DNA of 64,000 nucleotides from Phycisphaerales bacterium (GTDB lineage Bacteria; Planctomycetota; Phycisphaerae; Phycisphaerales; SM1A02): NCBI GenBank assembly GCA_036475395.1, contig JAZFYE010000126.1, positions 6,850 to 70,849 of the forward strand, read 5' to 3'. Shown piece by piece: positions 63,730 to 64,000 of this stretch (position 1 is its first letter; each line of letters starts with the position of its first letter). The notes under the pieces were generated by a model. It saw only the letters and a program-made list of their open reading frames with translations, ran no database searches and was not told where the DNA came from. The position numbers and the translations under genes were made by a program.

Positions 63730-64000
63730 TGATTGGCCAATCTGAATTGCGCCACCGGTAGTTCGAGCCACGTGAGAAGGCGCAACAGCCGCACCATGAT
63801 CACCAAAGCCACGGGCAGCATAAGCCAGCCGGTCATAGTGTGGAACCACTCGGCGCCACTCGCCGTGCCGTACCCATAGAAAACGCTTGTCGGCACCAAT
63901 CGAATCACGTTGCAGACCAGAGCCATGATTGGACTGAGAGCGATCAGGATCACGCGAGTAGGAAACTTCAGAGGTACACTGAACGCAAACGCATACACGA
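63726..64000 (-). CDS. exosortase (EpsH family), C-terminal ~90 codons; the gene continues beyond the right edge
   Basis: LIALSPIMALVCNVIRLVPTSVFYGYGTASGAEWFHTMTGWLMLPVALVIM contains the conserved N..R and H...G exosortase features. The frame is open to the window end. Confidence 0.7.
   Translation of the reverse strand, partial: VYAFAFSVPLKFPTRVILIALSPIMALVCNVIRLVPTSVFYGYGTASGAEWFHTMTGWLMLPVALVIMVRLLRLLTWLELPVAQFRLANQ

Overview
High-GC Gram-negative chromosomal window. Hand counts on a few 60-nt lines give about 60-70% GC in core genes. It probably comes from a Planctomycetota/PVC-type genome, judged from a DUF1570 protein, an exosortase/PEP-CTERM-like locus and an FGE-fused membrane kinase; this taxonomy is inference only. 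Positions 1-45950 form one large type VI secretion system (T6SS) locus, almost entirely on the minus strand. All 13 core functions are recognisable: tssA, tssB, tssC, hcp, tssE, tssF, tssG, clpV, vgrG, tssK, tssL, tssM and a TssJ-like lipoprotein. Accessory genes are tagJ, tagF and a PpkA-like kinase. The order tssA-tssB-tssC-hcp-tagJ-tssE-tssF-tssG-clpV ... vgrG-(gp5-OB small protein)-DUF2169-(ketosynthase-like)-DUF4150/PAAR toxin mirrors the Pseudomonas aeruginosa H1-T6SS/vgrG1b layout as I recall it. Five things look non-standard. (1) A variable region between vgrG and clpV (5269-12472) carries orphan genes of lower GC than the flanks, an IS transposase fragment and a single-chain TssB-TssC-like fusion gene on the opposite strand. 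(2) Two ~70-nt inverted repeats bracket a 4.2-kb part of that region. (3) A two-partner secretion pair (TpsB/TpsA) sits between tagF and tssA, splitting the T6SS core. (4) The PpkA-like kinase has HGN instead of HRD (predicted pseudokinase) and a huge periplasmic part ending in an FGE-sulfatase-like domain, with no Fha or PppA in the cluster. (5) Two conserved-position genes (665 aa and 315 aa) have no recognisable family. Right of the T6SS lie an MFS transporter, a scar of an integrated element (tRNA-Thr 3' fragment plus an ATPase fragment), two secreted proteins with a PLP-type PEP-CTERM-like tail, an FHA/coiled-coil membrane protein with a 237-bp tandem duplication, a DUF1570 protein, a lipoprotein, and an exopolysaccharide/exosortase operon (TPR giant, sugar transferase, Wzc-like kinase, EpsI, partial exosortase). 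No rRNA, intact tRNA or CRISPR array was seen. All family calls come from motif recognition by eye; no searches were run. The ORF track treats GTG/TTG as M and reports maximal ORFs, so several starts were trimmed by hand using RBS, gene-overlap and homology logic.
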